Source of the DNA: Dicyema japonicum
Taxonomy: Eukaryota; Animalia; Dicyemida
Assembly (NCBI GenBank): GCA_011109175.1
Contig: RDEW01000026.1
Location: forward strand, 186,001-250,000
Reading direction: 5' to 3'
DNA length: 64,000 nucleotides
Numbering within the stretch: position 1 is the stretch's first letter; each line of letters starts with the position of its first letter. The position numbers were made by a program, and so were the translations under genes. Under the pieces are notes generated by a model. The model had not been told where the DNA came from and did not search any database. It saw only the letters and a program-made list of their open reading frames with translations. Shown here one piece after another: positions 43,900-59,800 of the stretch.

Positions 43900-45014
43900 T
43901 TGAAAAAAGTGGTTAACGGCCTGCGTGGCTATTCCCTCTCCAACACCGCAGGCTCAAGTGAACTAGATGTCGAAACGGCGAGTAGAACAAACAAGAAATC
44001 CTCGTTTAAGACCACATACTTTGCTCGTTTCAACGAACCGGCCTTCTCACCGGCTGAACAGGCAAATTCCTTGCATTTAGAATAACACAAAACCAACACA
44101 AGAACACCTACTCGACAAAAGACAAACCTACATCCCATGATTTCTCTTTATGTTCCCCCTCATCAACTGGACTGTAAAATATGAACTAAGAAGTGATCAC
44201 AACCTTATCATGATGAAAATCAACACTGAAAATAAATTTATCAGACAGAATTCCACTTTTTTAAATTTTGAAACTTGTCTAATTACATCGACACAAATAT
44301 GGAAGTATTTTACACATTGGTATTCTCATCAATTGACCACATGATCAAAACTTTCACGTTATACGCAAGAAAATTATTAATTCCAATGCCATCAAGCAAG
44401 GAATACCTATTATAATATACATACAAAAACACTTATCAGAAAAAAAAAAATAAATTTAAAAGGCAAAAGAATTCATCAAATGACGATTTTCAAAAATGAA
44501 AACCTTAAATATACAAATTAAACAAGTTACCCAATCTAGAATCAAGAAGCGATGTACATCACTTAGAATCAAGAAACCCCTTTCCCAGCTTTGAAATTGT
44601 TGTACAAACAATTCATTGAGCCTTCTGTCAGCTATGCCTATGCGTCATGGGGAATCAATCTGTCCTGGACGAATAAACAAAGAATCCGCGCCTTAACAGC
44701 CACTATTTTAGTAATCTCGGGAAACTAGAAAAACTAACCCCCTCATCACTTGAAGAACTTATCCGACAAAATGGAAAGTGATTTGCTACACTGTGCAGGC
44801 AGTGCAACTCTCAACAATACACAGCCACGATATGTTTTATGAGAAGGGCATAATCATCCCCTCTCCGATTCCTATTTCCCAAACTCGCCCACAGAGAAGT
44901 TGTGTTGGATCCCAGAAGGCGCTCGAAGAGAAAATGAGAAATCTGATAGAGGCCTTCGAGATCACTTAATTTAGTAATTAAATTAACTATTGGTGTTCTT
45001 GGGTTAATAATAAT
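43900..45014 (+). mobile_element. Jockey/I-like LINE: endonuclease end fused to C-terminus, RT core deleted
   Basis: ELRSDHNLIMMK (end of EEP domain), then LKLLYKQFIEPSVSYAYASWG, ending LIEAFEIT* + ATTGGTGTTCTTGGGTTAATAATAA. Confidence 0.75.
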
Positions 45015-45040
45015 TTTCATTTGGATTTACATGTGATGAA

Positions 45041-45162
45041 TTGATAGCAAAGAACTGAAACCTCATACTGCTTGTCGTATCATTGCTCGGACTATGTTTG
45101 GTCATAAATATGAACAAAAATTAATGAAGATACCTTTGTCAGATAACACTGTTTCTCGTCGG
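45041..45162 (+). mobile_element. hAT (Buster/ZBED5-like) transposase fragment
   Basis: IAKN*KPHT..CRIIARTMFGHKYEQKLMKIPLSDNTVSRR resembles the conserved 'KPHT...IPLSNNTVSRR' block. Confidence 0.75.
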
Positions 45163-45384
45163 TTCTTTGTCGGAGAATATTAAAAACAATGTCTTATTTT
45201 CTATTAATTACAACTTATGAATCCACAGACATTTGAGCAATTGGTCATTTGTTGGCATATGATTTGTCTATTTAGGGAAAATTACAATACTTGTAAGCCT
45301 CTAAAATTCGTTTATTTTAATATTTTAAAATTTATAAATGACAATAATATTGTTAATTTTTATTATTTATGTAAATCAAATAAA

Positions 45385-47690
45385 AAAAGGACGAAACATT
45401 AGTTAGCTGCCGCCCTCACTGCGTGGCTGTTCCTCTCAGAATTGCGAGCGAAATTCGCTCAAACAGCCAGCGGCGTTCGCGGAGATCTCTAGTGCATGAA
45501 GTGATCCGGTTTCCAAGACGTCCGAAAAATTCTAATGTAGAAAGGGAGTAGGATTCGGAAGTCTCCATAGCAAGGGGAACAAATTTGAAATTATCGGGAA
45601 GGTCGCCGTATTTTTCGAGTTTGGCCTTCTCTGCCTTGACGGCTGCAGAGGAGGCCCTTGGAGCGCACTCGTAAAGATTGTTCGGGGCGAACGTGTCTGT
45701 ACATGTCACGTCCCAAACAAGTGGTTTCCCGGCCTTAAAGGGAAATATGGTCATCCCGTCCGGTCGTTTCCCGTCACTTCTGCATAACCCGACCGGTTCA
45801 AAAATGGCCGAGTATCCAGAAGCATCCATAGCCCGCTTGACAATCTCATTCAGAGCCTTGTACCTTGGATATCTGCCAGCGCTCCTCTTGCAGACTAGAG
45901 GGTGCAGGCCATAGCAGTCTATCAGAACACCACATCGACACGGGTGAGGTACACATACTTTCAGTCCTAGCCGCAGAAGATACCACTTCTAACGCATTCA
46001 TTATCCAGAAAGGTGCCCAGAGCTCATTTGGGATGGCGTTTAGCCAAGCTCCGCTCTCATGGGAAGCCCCGAAAGCAAACAAGCGCGTCGGTGCTGATTG
46101 GCTATTCCAGTAAGAGTCCAAATGATTTCCAGCACAATAAATTGTCCAGGTTTCGCTGGCAGTCTTGTGAAGGTGGCAGGGGGAGGTTGTGGCATTCTAG
46201 GCTTCTCGTGCGTGGTTATGTCTTGGTCAATTGAGAATTCGGGTAGGGAGTGTAGAATCCTCTTGACATGGGAGCTACAGCCCACTAGCGATGATAGGTA
46301 TGAAGGGAGAGAAAGGTCCACAGGGTTCCGAATTCCAAGTCTTCCGGGTCTCACTGGTAGCGTGGTTTGCTTCCATGAGTAATCCTCGAACCGGACGTTG
46401 AAGATACGTTCTGCTGTCGTACGGAAGATCTCGTTAATCTTCGCGAGTTGGTCATACAGGGTGAAATAAGGAGCAGTCCTCAGGATATATGCAAGCCTCT
46501 GTACGTTGAGACTGTTTTTCAGGAGGAATAATGCTGTGTGCATATCAAGTAGACACAAGCGGTTCAGAGTCTTGCTTCGAGTGACAGTCGTTTTTCACGT
46601 ATAGCTCTTCCCATTGCATTTATGGTGATCGGGGATCCGAGAATATAAGTTCTTCATCGGGTGGAAATACTTCCAGGCAGTAAATTTCCGAAACATGACA
46701 AAGCTTTTGAATACTTCTCTGAAAGTCCGCAATTGTAGATTTCGCATTTAGTGTAATTTAATTCCGCCTCCAACAATGCAGGAATTATCACTTCCAAATC
46801 CCGGAAAACAGTATCCGGGGTCCTCCGAGGACCGCATCATCCAGATACCATAGGTTGAGGGGCGAGCACGGAAGTTTGGTGATTTTCTCTATTGCACGAC
46901 AAAACAATAGGGTCCAAGGGGATCTCCCTGTTGCACTCCAGAATACGAATGGATTAGGTAGTCCCCGAAAAGTAAGGATGAAGGTAGACTGTATGACTGA
47001 TTCACAAAATTCGAAAATATTAGGGCATTTCTCAACACACGCCTCCAGGATATTGTCCCTTCTTAGACTATTGAAGGCGTTATTGATGTCCAGTTTGACC
47101 AGGACATGTCCCCGGGAATCTTCTATTCTGTGGTTTATGAATGTCCTCACTGAATGGACAGCGGCCTCGCATCCCAAGTGAATACCGACGCCTACTTGAG
47201 GGAGGTTCAAGAATTTTGTGACGAGTGGAATAGAATGTCTGGAGGCAATTTTAGTAGCAAGTCTTCTGAAGACATAGACGTCAGCAACTGGTCGTACTCA
47301 CCCGCCCTTCTTATTGAAGGCTATCAAATTGGCGGAGAACAGGACATGGCGCATAACTTTGGGAAGAATTCCAGACATGATCTGATTCATAAGTGAAGTA
47401 ATTGAATTTGTAAGACGAAGTACCTGGTCTCCTACAGACAAAGAGTTAGATCCTTCAGGTAGCCATGTCTCATTCTGTCGAACCCGACACTGCTACTAGA
47501 GACAAAATTCCGTATTGCGAGGAGAACTTCATCGTTTGATGTAATCAGGGGACTCACTCCGGATGAGGGAGCGACTTGGCGTAGGTTTTGGGGTGGCAGT
47601 GGATGCTTGTTCAGTAAAATATTGTAGGCGTCTGGAGTCGGTTTTCGTGGTCCACTCGAGGAAAGTGCCCTGATGGCTACCCACCTTCGA
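45385..47690 (-). mobile_element. CRE-clade family A non-LTR retrotransposon, 5'-truncated, RT + RLE, frameshifted
   Basis: QVGVGIHLGCEAAVHSVR, LVKLDINNAFNSLRRD, LNLWYLDD, FLLKNSLNVQRLAYILRT, SGAWLNAIP, CRSDGKRPDGMTIFPF, RRWLFERISLAILRG. Confidence 0.93.
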
Positions 47691-47863
47691 TTTTAAAATT
47701 TACTATATTATTTGTTTCCGTAAGCGAGTTGTGGCTAAATATCCTCTAGGCGAATTTGGGGATCACACGACCATCGAAGTGAATATCTTTAATTGACTAG
47801 GAAGAAATGGAAATTTAGAAGGTTAAAGTAGATGGAGTAAACCTAAGATGTTAGTATTAATTA

Positions 47864-50800
47864 TTATTTAGTAGAGCAGAGAAGAGCAGTGCCTCTGAAA
47901 ATCCAGTGATAATTTGGTTCCAAACTCTTCAACCGAATTGAGGCAATAAAATTAATTCCAGATCTTTGGGGATTTTTGTAAATTGGGCAAACATAAAAAC
48001 TCTCTTTTATAGCATTAATACTGCTAACTGCGAAAAGACGAATAACAGGCATATCCTCGTAAATAATCTACAAATATTTATTATAAAAACCTTAAATTTA
48101 GATTCTTTAAGACGACAGCGTTTCCTATCCCATCCAGCACCTTCAAGAAACAATCCATGAATATACACGCCCTCCGACGCCTTCTCAGAGACTTCGTCTT
48201 TGAAAAAGTGCATGACTTGATTGTGCAAGACAGCACAGTCCAAATTCCACCCTTTATGGTCCCTCACAGATTCCTACACTCAACTGAATTCTAACCTGTA
48301 GTACAGCTGTTAGAAATCCCTGAGGATTAAAAAACCCAGGAAGCCAAAAAGATATTGGTCTGCCATTGTTAAGCCAATCAGAGTACTGTGAACTTCTTTT
48401 GACCAATTCATTAATCCATAGAGCAAGTGAATGAGTGACCCAAGAAAACTAAATTGATTGATGTAATTAACTTTAATCCATATTTTGGAAACTCGTAAAT
48501 TATAAATATTATTGAAAGTCTCTTTAAGTTCGTCATTCATCACTATTGTTCCATTAATGGCCAAAATTAAGTTATCCACAGTTTGCTTGATCAAATTGAC
48601 TAGTCTTTCCATTCGTTCTAGTTCCTGTCTTAAAAATATAATCATTGGTTGGCCAATCCCGAATTCATGAAGACGTTGATTTACCTAAAATTTATTACCC
48701 ACTAACTTCGCCGTAGACGGGTAGAATGGAAAGAATCTCTTTACAAAATCTGAGGACAAATGCCTCCTTCGACTCACTACTGTACACATTAGTGTCACTA
48801 GGCATCACGTTTACAATACTGGAGAGGCAATACTCAGCAGCATTTCGACAGTATCTATTTTAATGTTCAACAATACGTTATTTCAGCATTATTGTCAAGT
48901 CCAAAAACATGAGGGGAGTCATTGTCAGCAAATTCATTAATTTTTGTCAAAATCTCAATTTTATTACGGTCTTTAGGATATTGGTAATTGTTAATGTTAT
49001 AATTTGGACGGAAAATGTGATCACCAAAGTATTTGCTGCAAAATGATATCAAAAGTCTCTTATCAAAGTCATCAGTCACCCGTCCCCCATACATAATTTC
49101 CCCAATCATATAGTGGATGCAGTTCCAAGAAATACCCTACAAAATAAGTTATTTGTAACCCTTTTGGGATCCACATCGTCCAAATAATTAAAAATAAACT
49201 GGACACTGCTGTTAAAGTCGGAGGCATTGAATTCATACGGAACATTCCAACCCAATGGACCAAACTTCCTCCTCTCCTGCAGAATACTGTGCATGAAGGC
49301 TGTCGTAAATATGAGAGGAGTCCACTGAGTGGACGGCATTGATTCAAAAAAGTCTTCATTGATCGAATGATAGGTTCTCTTCAAGCCAGCTCGAATACCA
49401 CACGGAGGTTCAGAAGTGTATTTAAGAGAAATCCGTCTAAAACAATAAATATTACTTGGAGGAAGTTAATAGGGAATTTATCATGATATTCCGTGGTTAT
49501 CCAAAGACGGAAATCACTGTGAATATAGTGGGATGGATTTATCAAAATTTGGAGAATAGTTTCCAAAAAGTCAAAATCCAAGTGGCAATTTTGAAGCAAA
49601 ACCCAGTTTCCATTAAGCATTGCAGATTGTAATTTCTTAATGGCTATGGTTTGTTGTCCCTGCCCCATACTAACGGAGGACAAATCTGTTTTATTACAAA
49701 ATAAGCACCTGTCTCATATTTCTTGGACAGAATATCGATAGATTCAGTAGGGTCAGACCCAATGGCCAGTATTCCTAACAGCGGGATACGTGACGTTGAT
49801 TCTTTTAACATTTCTTCAAAGTTGAGGACATTCCCCTCCACATATTTGTCTCCCATGCTGAATGAGACAAAATCTTTGGCACAGGAAAGCATTCGTTCGG
49901 GGAGAAAACATCGAATAAGCAATAATTGTTGGAATTTACTAAGAAATTCAGAGTAACCGTTTGGAAGTGGTTGTGTTTCAGGAGAATTGTGATCATACCA
50001 CAATTTCCAGGTTTTCTCGTTATCCTTAATAACATTTATAATTCCTGTGAATTTTTGAAGTTTGGACAATGACAATAAATTGAGCCAAATGTGATCCTGA
50101 ATCCAACTAAACTTGTTAGGTTCAACAGATCTTAAATCTAGAGAATCCCCACCTACAAATAATTACAAGAGAACCTTTAAGGAAGGTAATATATTCCTCT
50201 TTACGAATATCTTTAGCTTTCAAGCCAATTTTCATTACTAATAAAAGAATAAACGTGAATTTGTCCTTTTCGAGATATCCCCTAACAGCATGGGTGAAGA
50301 CGTTATATGTCAAGGTATCTATTATAGTCTGCACTCTTTTAGCCGTTAAAATTTCCTTGGGAGTCCTAAGTAGATAGAAATTGACTACTTTGTTATGGAA
50401 CTGACAAAAAGGTTCATAAACTGATCAAGGGATATTGCATACATGCAGTTCACCTGGGACATTTCAAATATTGTAAAGTAAAGAATTGCCCCTCGAATTG
50501 CCACATGTCTGTATTCCTCCTCAATATTGTAGATTTTGATTTGAGTTTCTTCAGAGACTTCTAGTTGGTGACTAACAGTGATCTCTGTCTGTTTAGTTTC
50601 CTGGAGTACTTGTAGTAATGTTTTATCCTCTACCAGAGATCCCTTATAACTGTTTAGCATAAATACCTTTATACTAATTAATCTTGATAGAAGATTATCC
50701 TCGAGTTGTTTTATTAGTAATTTATTATTCATTACTTGATGAACTAACGATATTCTTTCTTTTTCCAACTCCTCCTGTTCATAGTGAATCACTGACTTGA

Positions 50801-53800
50801 GCAATTGTTCTTCCAAACCTGATTCAGTAACAGTCATGTCGACTATTGAGGTTTTACTGCTTATTTGTGCTTTAAAATTAGGATTTGACAGTTTAGATAT
50901 CAAATACAGACGAAACCCAGGCATTACGTCAACTTCCTTATCACCAACCTTCACCTATTCAAATTCAGAATTTACACTACCTTATACATACTCCCTAGTC
51001 TCACAAAATTTTTTCCAAAATATTATCCAAAATAGGATCAATCTCTTCTTCAACGTTTTCTATGATCAATGGATGCCCAAAACTCAACGATTCTTCCACT
51101 TTCATACGAAAATTTTTATCGTTAAAAGTTGTTTTAATAAATTCATTGTTTTCTTCCATATTCTGATAATACAAAATCATACTTTAATCCACCTATGTCC
51201 CTGGTCTTGGGGATCAATCAACAAAGGATAACGTAAAGACTTTACAACTATAAGTCCATTCGAAATTGACAAATTATCACTTGGAAGTCCCTTTAGATTC
51301 CAATCTAGAACCTATGAACTCACACAAGTGACTACAGTTGTTGGCAAAACAAGTTTTTCAACAATATCCAAGGATAACTCGAGTGGAATTTGATTATTAC
51401 AAATTTGCGTTATCCAAATATTTTTGAGATAACTTCTAAAGTCATGATTGAATGGTCCACAGTAGAAGTAAATGCACTACAGAGAGTAATGTCCCCAATA
51501 AGTCTATTTTATTTTATAACCAAACTTTTCAATTTCATCTTCAAAATCCTTTATCTGTTGAGTCCAACGACCTTTTTCGCCTTCCAGTCCATTAATGAGA
51601 ATTTGAGCAGTGTTCATTTTATTTCTGCAGTCATTAGCCTCATTAATTAGTCTCTAAACTATGAAATAATGATTACTGACCATCTTCTCCCCAACTGCTC
51701 TATCATACATTTCTCTAACCACTGCAAGTTCATGTTCCTTCTCGTCCAATTGAGATTGTGCAGTAGTCAGGTCTTTATTAGCCAATTCCAATCGAGCTTC
51801 TTGAATTACTAAATTTTCCTATTATTGGTAATCATTTAATACTTTCAAAGGAAGCACCTCTTTGTTTATTACGTAAAAATAACACATTGCCTTCGTCCAT
51901 GACAAAAGTCCGGCCACGTTTCCACACACTTTTCTCGCATTAGTGATGTTATAGTCCTCCATTCTCATGTAAGGCTCTAAAAGTTCCACAATTTCATCAT
52001 TTATTATATCCTTGGCAAAGTTCTGCAGCATTTGAAGTAATGATCCTGCTGACATGAACTGTACACTATATGACAATTTACCTTCAGGGACTCACTCCAT
52101 GACAGATTTATGAATTTTTTCTCAGAATTATAGACCACCTGGTTTAATTTCATACGAAAGAGAATTAAGACACAGTCCATTATTCTCATTATCAAATGTG
52201 GAGGTTTTGGAAGTTTTCTGACGGTGGCAATATCTTGAATTTATGGAAAATATAAACCGCTAGGTTTTATAGTGTTTAAAGCAGCTTCGGCTTCTTCTAA
52301 TGCAGGCTTTGCTTCTAAAAGCCTCTCTTCTGCTATCTTTCTGTCTTTATCAATACTATCCACAATATTCTGGGCTTTGTCTTTCACTTTCTGAACTTGA
52401 GTCTTGACAACTTCAGCCAATGAAGCTTTTTCTTTAACTTCAATTAAAACCTAAAATTAAAACAACGATACGTTTTCAGCCTTTTCAGACGCTACAACTA
52501 ATTCTGCCTCCATTACTTCCAATTCCTTACTTAGAACTTCGATTGCAGATGATGCTTCCACTAACTTTTTAATTCCGTCGCTCATTTTTGTTTTTTCGTT
52601 TGTGACTTCCCAGAGTTTATCCTTGTACGTTTCTTTAAACAACGTCAAAAAAGAAAAATATGATTTTGGAGTCACATGCACTACACGACGAAATCTACAT
52701 TTTAATAAATTTTAACTTTTTAAAGTATTCTTGTGAACCCTCGACCACCGATTCGTGAATAGTACCCATAAGTGAGACCAAATTCTGGAAAGTTTTATTG
52801 GAACAGTTTAATTCTTTAAAATCCTTCAAATAACGATTGGCGACAGAAAGCAAGGCATTCTTGGGCCAACTGTGAAACCAAACAACAGTACATCCGGATA
52901 TGAGACCGGAGAATCTTAAAGATCTAACTCTCAGAGTGTCCCCAGCCTAATTTGATATCCAAATTAAAATACAGGAGAAAAGCATAATGCTACATGCAAA
53001 TTCTTTCTTACTCTGTGCATAAAGTATTCACGAAGGCTATTAAGGGTAGGTACTCTCTTAGGGAACTCCTTCCTCATTATGTGGGTCAGGTTACTGTTTA
53101 TTTCTACAACTTCTTCAGATGTGAATAAATCGGAAATCTAAAATTGATAAATTGAAATATTTACAGTTCCACAAGATAACATGTTGTTTATTGGCTCTAG
53201 AAAAGTCTCGTCTTTAATATCTGTTTCAGAAAAAATGAAAGTGATGCCTCTCCCATCCAAGCCTGCAACCAGGTAGAGTACTTTCAAGTCTTCCATGAGG
53301 TCAGTTAAACCATAAGATCTTAAGTAAAAGGAAAACAGAACCTGGATAGGGAGATTTGATAAGTTTTATAACCTGCTATAAACGATGCCAATTTGGTTAA
53401 AGACTTTCGCCCAGATCCATCAATTCCGACAAGGAGAATGTGTCCTCTCTCTAGTCTCATTATTCTTGATATTTTTATTATATTAGTTATGGCTTCATCA
53501 AAGAAAACCAAGTCAAGGCCGGATCCACGAATTGTCTCATTATAACTACACATTTGTATTTCAAGGTTCTCCCTGAGAATGTTAATATCATAAATCTTAA
53601 ATTACAGGAATAAATACAGGAATATATGGCAAACATAACTCAGAATCAAGGTCATCATTTCCCTCATATTCAGAACTAATGTAGAAATAAGAGGATAACT
53701 TGATAAAATTAGCAAAATAGACATCATCTACAAGTTTTAGGTCTCCAAACTCGCTGGCAATTGCTGATGTCAAAAGATTAGAAAACCATTTGCATTCATC

Positions 53801-56800
53801 CTTGTTGATAAATCTGTTTTAATATTTTCTATTACCTGTCTGCAAACACTCTCATACATTCATGTCTCCACAAAAGTAGTAGATTTTCCTTATTTGTTAC
53901 AACGTCTGGGGTGGAACAGGTCAATCCTTGCCAAATCCTCGACAAATCACGGAGGTTGAACACATAGTGGAATTTAGCAGGGGAAGGAAGCATTTTATTC
54001 TAAATTTGAAATCCTCGGATGTACTTTGAGTGATTCCCATACATTTCTAGTCATCACAATGACTTTATCGATTGAAGTGAGAATATCCTTAGAAAATTTC
54101 CGCCCTTCAGTAAAGTAGGTATTTGCTATCGTTTTAAAAATTTTGTCTATAGACATCTCCGTTGGTAAACATGCATTAAAGATACAAAACTGTCGTTTCA
54201 ACCTCTCAGGGATATCATTTCGACCTCCTCCAGGAGAGATCATTGAACATATAAACTATATAACAAAATCACCATACCTGAATATCTACAATATTGCAAA
54301 ATATTCCAGGCTTATCTAAACTGTAGAAGCCACCTGTTTCCATGAGCTGCCGTGTGAGTTCATTTGTGACTTGATCCCCCCATTCATTAATTGAAGGCAT
54401 ATTGATATCATCTATGAAAAAAGTCATCTTCTTTCCACTGGGAGGGCCATATGTAGTTCCTACGCGTTTATCGACGTTTGTTTCGATCACTCTCTAAAGT
54501 TAAGTTCAAAATTGACAACTTGGAATATTTGAGGCGTTGTATAGTATGAAAAGTTAACTGTGGTCACAAAATGACTCTCTGGGTCGTGCTTGCTCAAATA
54601 TGAGTTAATTGTGACTGTTTTGGCTGTTCCTTGGTCCCCAGTTAAGAGAACTCCCTTGCCTTGAATAGCTATTAGTCCAATCAAATATTCCATTCTAACA
54701 CTGTCCAGATTGGGAACAAGTATTGAGTTATATTCATTAAAATCAGTCGTCAAAACAATTTTATTTTCCACAATATTTTCAAAATGCTTCCATTCACACA
54801 TTTCATTAATAAAATATTCAAAAATTGACGAATCAGACAAATCTAATGTAGGCAAGTCCAAAGATTTGTAATAATTTTTCATAATAAATTGACTGAGTTT
54901 ATTTCTGTCCTCGTTATTCAAAAGACTCCCAAAACTCCAAATGATTGAAAAAGTGCATAATCGTTTAAATGTCCAGGAAGAGTACATTTTAGTATCCTGT
55001 CGAATAAGCAATCCATCAAAGATATCACAAGCCTAAATATTCATGAAAATGACCTGTCGGAGAATGAAAGACTCGTAAATTGGGATTTTCAAGTGTAGTT
55101 GTTTATTCGTATATTCAAAAATTCCATGAAAGCAATCATTAAAACAATCTGCAATAACCTTATTTTCTATCAAAGTGTTTTTACCAAGCCAACTCTTAAA
55201 TTTATAATAAATTAAAACCTGAAATTGGGGTTCCCAACCAAGACCTAATGAACTAAAGTAAACAATTCCATTTCTTGAAACGGTCGCTGGTGAAGCATTA
55301 TCAATGTTGTGGACTTCAAAAATTAACTTACAATTCGGAGACATTGGAATTCTATCACCATTTGCCAATGTTAGTGTCTTGTTGTCATCCAAAACAGAAT
55401 TAAGGTTCTCGATCCACAACGAATCAACGGGACCATCCAGAATAATCCAAAGATATTCGCCTTTTTTAATATTGCTAGCTTTTCTCCACAAAGTTGAAAA
55501 AATTCCATCAGTCCAGTCATTAGTTGATACATTCAGTTTTCCAAACATCTGAGATGATGTTATGGCTTTTGGGTTCATTTTATAGTCTCTATAAATATTT
55601 CCATTTGTCGACAAAGCCTTCATTAGGACTTCAATACAACTACTCTTTCCTGTTCCACTCGACCCCAAAGTAATGATCCCATGCCTCACCATTTGAGTCT
55701 CATTAAGCTGAGGATAAGACAATTTAAAACCTGAAATATTTTGTTGACCCAAGGTTGGTGGTAAATATATTTATTATTCGTAATTACCTCTCTGATAGAA
55801 TTATTTAGGTAAATGTTTTCATTTTCTTCCAGAGTTAACGAAGGGAATAGTCCTGTGATTAAAGATTTAAAAAGAGGTTCATCAGCATCCACCAATTTGG
55901 ACAAATTCATATCAACCAATCCTTTCATAACTACAATTTCCTCAGCCTTATCTGGGTTAGATCTCTTTGAAGTACCCAAAGTCCGCAGAACTGAAAGCAT
56001 ATTTCTCAACCCAAAATCATAATGGACCTGCATTATTAAGAGACTACTTGTTTAGACAACAACTCTTCACATAGTTTGTAAAGAGTGAAAAACTTTCGTG
56101 CAAGGTCTATGTTATGGATGAATCCAATTGAGGCCAACTTAACCCGAATTATTATTTGTCTGTCGGGAATCATCATGGAAATTGTTCGAAATTAATTTTT
56201 AGATTTTCTGGGAGTTCCTGTCGACCAGCGTAACCGGGATTCTATAAATAATCAAAATCATAAACCATCGTCAAGAAAATTCCAAATTCGTAGTTAAAAT
56301 TGACAACATCTCCATCTGTGAATATTAACATTTTTTTCCTTTTCTTTTTAAAGTTGAGAACCACAGATATTTGTTGGGCAGCCACAGACAACACAGAAAG
56401 CTCAATTCTGTTAAACTCATCAAAACAGCCCCAAGTGCCTGACATGGCCAAACCTATAAACTATAAAACTAAGTTTAAAAACCTTTAAATATCCTCCCAA
56501 GTCCAATATAGTCCATCTGATCAGAACAATTGAACACAACAACGTATTTTCCAATGCAATGCCCCATATCTTTGGTTGTTTCAGTTTTCCCAGTTCCAGC
56601 AGGTCCAGCGGGGGCAGCACCCATTGAAAGTCTAATTGCCTGTGCGATCGTAATATAACATCTTTAATAAAAGAAATCAGAACCTGTCCGTAAGTGGAGT
56701 TACTACAAGACGTTCAGTACACCCAAGATATTCATTTTGATAAGTAAAGTTAACATCAGTTATGGAAATGGAGCATGTCTTTGTGTTGCTATCAAAATAA

Positions 56801-59800
56801 AAACGAGTCTGTTTAGTCCATTCAAAATCACTAATAGACCTTACATTAGCACGACACTAATAATAATGATATTGTATACCAATCCATCAAAAATATCTTT
56901 TTGGTGTACTTGGATAGTGATAAGAGTTTCAAACTTTGTCCTTTCATTCTTGGAAAGATCTTTTGTGGTTTGTGAAATTAATTCATTCAACAATTCTAGG
57001 AAGTATCGATTTGTATTTGACATTATTTTTTTGTCCTGTTTTGATTTATAAATGGAAACAGCAGAATCCCTTGTCCATATCATTTCAAGTCCGAGCAACC
57101 CAACCTACAATTATCAAACAATTACCTGAGAAGGAAACCTTTCCAAAAACTCTAGAATTTGAAAGTTCGGCTCACTAATAGCATCGTAGGCTGAGGCAAT
57201 AATCTCCATTATTGTAGAATGTGACACGTTTAAGAGATCCTGGAGCCAATTTTCTACATTTCCTTCAGCCTTTACATACTTTTTGAGCTTAAAGTAATAA
57301 AATTATTTTACCATTACTTCTTCTCCCTCAGAAGAAACAACTCCCAAAATATTGTCATAGTATTTTTTGCTAAATATTACAGTTTTTGTGTTATCAAAGA
57401 CGGAGATCAGGTTGTTTTGGATTGTGTGACTGTCACTAGCTTTCCCCAAAATTTCAAGCAAGAGAGCGTCAGAGACAAAACAAAATCTGGGAAAACTCTT
57501 TCGTTTGCTCTCAAGATATCTTTACTCATGCAAATATTTACCCGTACAAAGATTTTCTACAAATTTCCAGCTGTTCGGTCATGTGAGTGAACACATCGCC
57601 AAGACTTTCATCAAAACAGCAAAACTCCACAACCAATCTTATCTCACGTGCACGTGTCATAAGTTTATTCCATGTTTTGTCAACATTGATGAATCTCTTG
57701 GACTCCTATTAATGATTTCAAATGACTTTACTCACAATTGGTAGCTGCCTTGCAATATCTCCCCCAATAAACACGGATTCAAGGTACAACCACAAATTTT
57801 GAAGATTAAGCCATTTATCGAGCAATTCAGAAACCTGATTTAAATCCTTCTGCCACTTTTCACATTTTTGTTTGAATGGTTCATTATACCTTCAAAATTA
57901 AATAACTCAAACCTGTTAGTGACTAATGAGTTAAGAATCAATAGGGTGTCCTCGAGTGATTCAGTAATCTCATCTGTAGTCTCACCTTTTAGGAGTAGTT
58001 CTCCACGTGACTTAAATTTGTTAAATTCAAATTCTTTGAGATTCCATTCTAATATAATCTTTTTCAGTTTTGTGTCGATTTCTTTCTCCTTTTCAGCAGC
58101 AACGTAAATGTCCTAAGCTTTATTTAAAGAAGACTTGTATTGTTTCTTTGTACATGTTAATATTCAAGTCGATTAAAGTTTTTATCACAAATTCTTCATC
58201 TTTAGGATCCAGATTAGTGCCCAATGTCGTTGATATCTTCTCCCAATGTCGTTTTAATAAAGCTTTGCTCGACATCATTTCTATCAACGGCAGGATTTCG
58301 TTGAGATCATCTATCCTCTTTTTAATTTCAACATATGCATCACAGTCCTTAGCTCCAAAGGGAAGACGTCGAAGCCTAAATAATTATTTAAACTCACCTG
58401 ACTTGAAATTCCTGTATTGTGTCCAATATCATGGCTGGTTTCAACTCCTTCCACCGGATGTTGTTTAGATGATAAATATAATTATTCACGTCATTGTATA
58501 ATGTAAATATTTTCTCTAGCATAGAAAGTTCTTTCTTTATTTTTTCCAATTTTGGACGTTCTGACTTTTCTATACCAAATAATTCCTGTTCTCCACAATA
58601 AATGCTGTGTCGACGATAAATAGATTCAAAGTTAGACAGAACCAAAATTAAGATATCAGACACTTCAGTGGGGGTCTTGCCTTTAGTCATAGGGCCATTC
58701 TTAAAATTAGTCAGACTTTAACCTTTTCGTAAGACTCGTAAAATTTATCACATTCACTTTCAAGCAATGAGATATTTTTGTTTAACTTTTGATGGAAAAT
58801 GGGGGCTGCTTCTAATAAGCGGTCAGTCGTCGATTGTTCAAGTTCCTTTAATTTGATCCAAAGATATCTTAGTCCTTCAACCATTTCCATTTCATGGTGG
58901 GGTATTGCGAGATTCTTGCTCAACATAGAGTAAGCCTCCTTGAAGTAAAGCTACAACAGTAATGCCTCAATGGGTCCTATGGTCAGCTCTATATACGATT
59001 CCTTTTCTCTGATGAGGGCCATTCTTCTCATTATTGAACGAATATCATCGACCTCTTTGAATGAAAGAGACAAAATTTTGATTGAACTGTTAAAAAAGAT
59101 AGAAAATTCTTCAGCCATTGACTTGAACTTTTTGTAGAATTTTGAGCACAAAAGCAATGACTTGTCGCCCATATATTCATTCAATTGTATTTTAAGGAAA
59201 TCTAATATTACAATAAAATTACAATTATCAATTTCAAAAGGAAAACTCAGAATTGTGTCGGGAATACAACAAATTGTGTGTTTTATTTCATCTATTCTGC
59301 ACATATTTGTATGTAATTCGTGATGTAGTAAGTTTTCTCCACTCATTTCCTCATTGAAAGTGGTTATTATTTGAGTAATAAAGTCATCCTCAAATTGTTT
59401 AATGTAATCTCCCAAAACCTACAAATAAGTTTAAGCTAACGTTTGCTGATTTGTGTATGTTATTCTGAAATTCGTGAGTAATCTTGTTCATGTCCTTGTG
59501 GTTTTTTACATAATAGTAGCATGTAGATATATCTTTCACGTCAATCCCACTTTCAAACGCGTATTCAGGCTAAACTTTAAATTCTAAGTACGCTAATTTT
59601 ATCAAAGAATTTCCAAGTATCTATATTCTGTAAACTTTCCACAATTTCATACACAATTGATATCAGGGAAGACTTTATAGTCTGAAAATTCGAAGAGGGG
59701 ACAACTCTCCCTTCTTCCAGTCTGAGTTCTAACAAAATTAGTGGAGATTTTTCAAGATCTTCTAAATTCCTAATACTTTGGCCTGATTTATAATCTTGTC

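Noticed and set aside
53395-53440. Lys-to-Arg change in the dynein AAA4 P-loop (GSGRKS)
   Set aside because: GSGR occurs at AAA4 in many axonemal dyneins, so it is not evidence of anything unusual.
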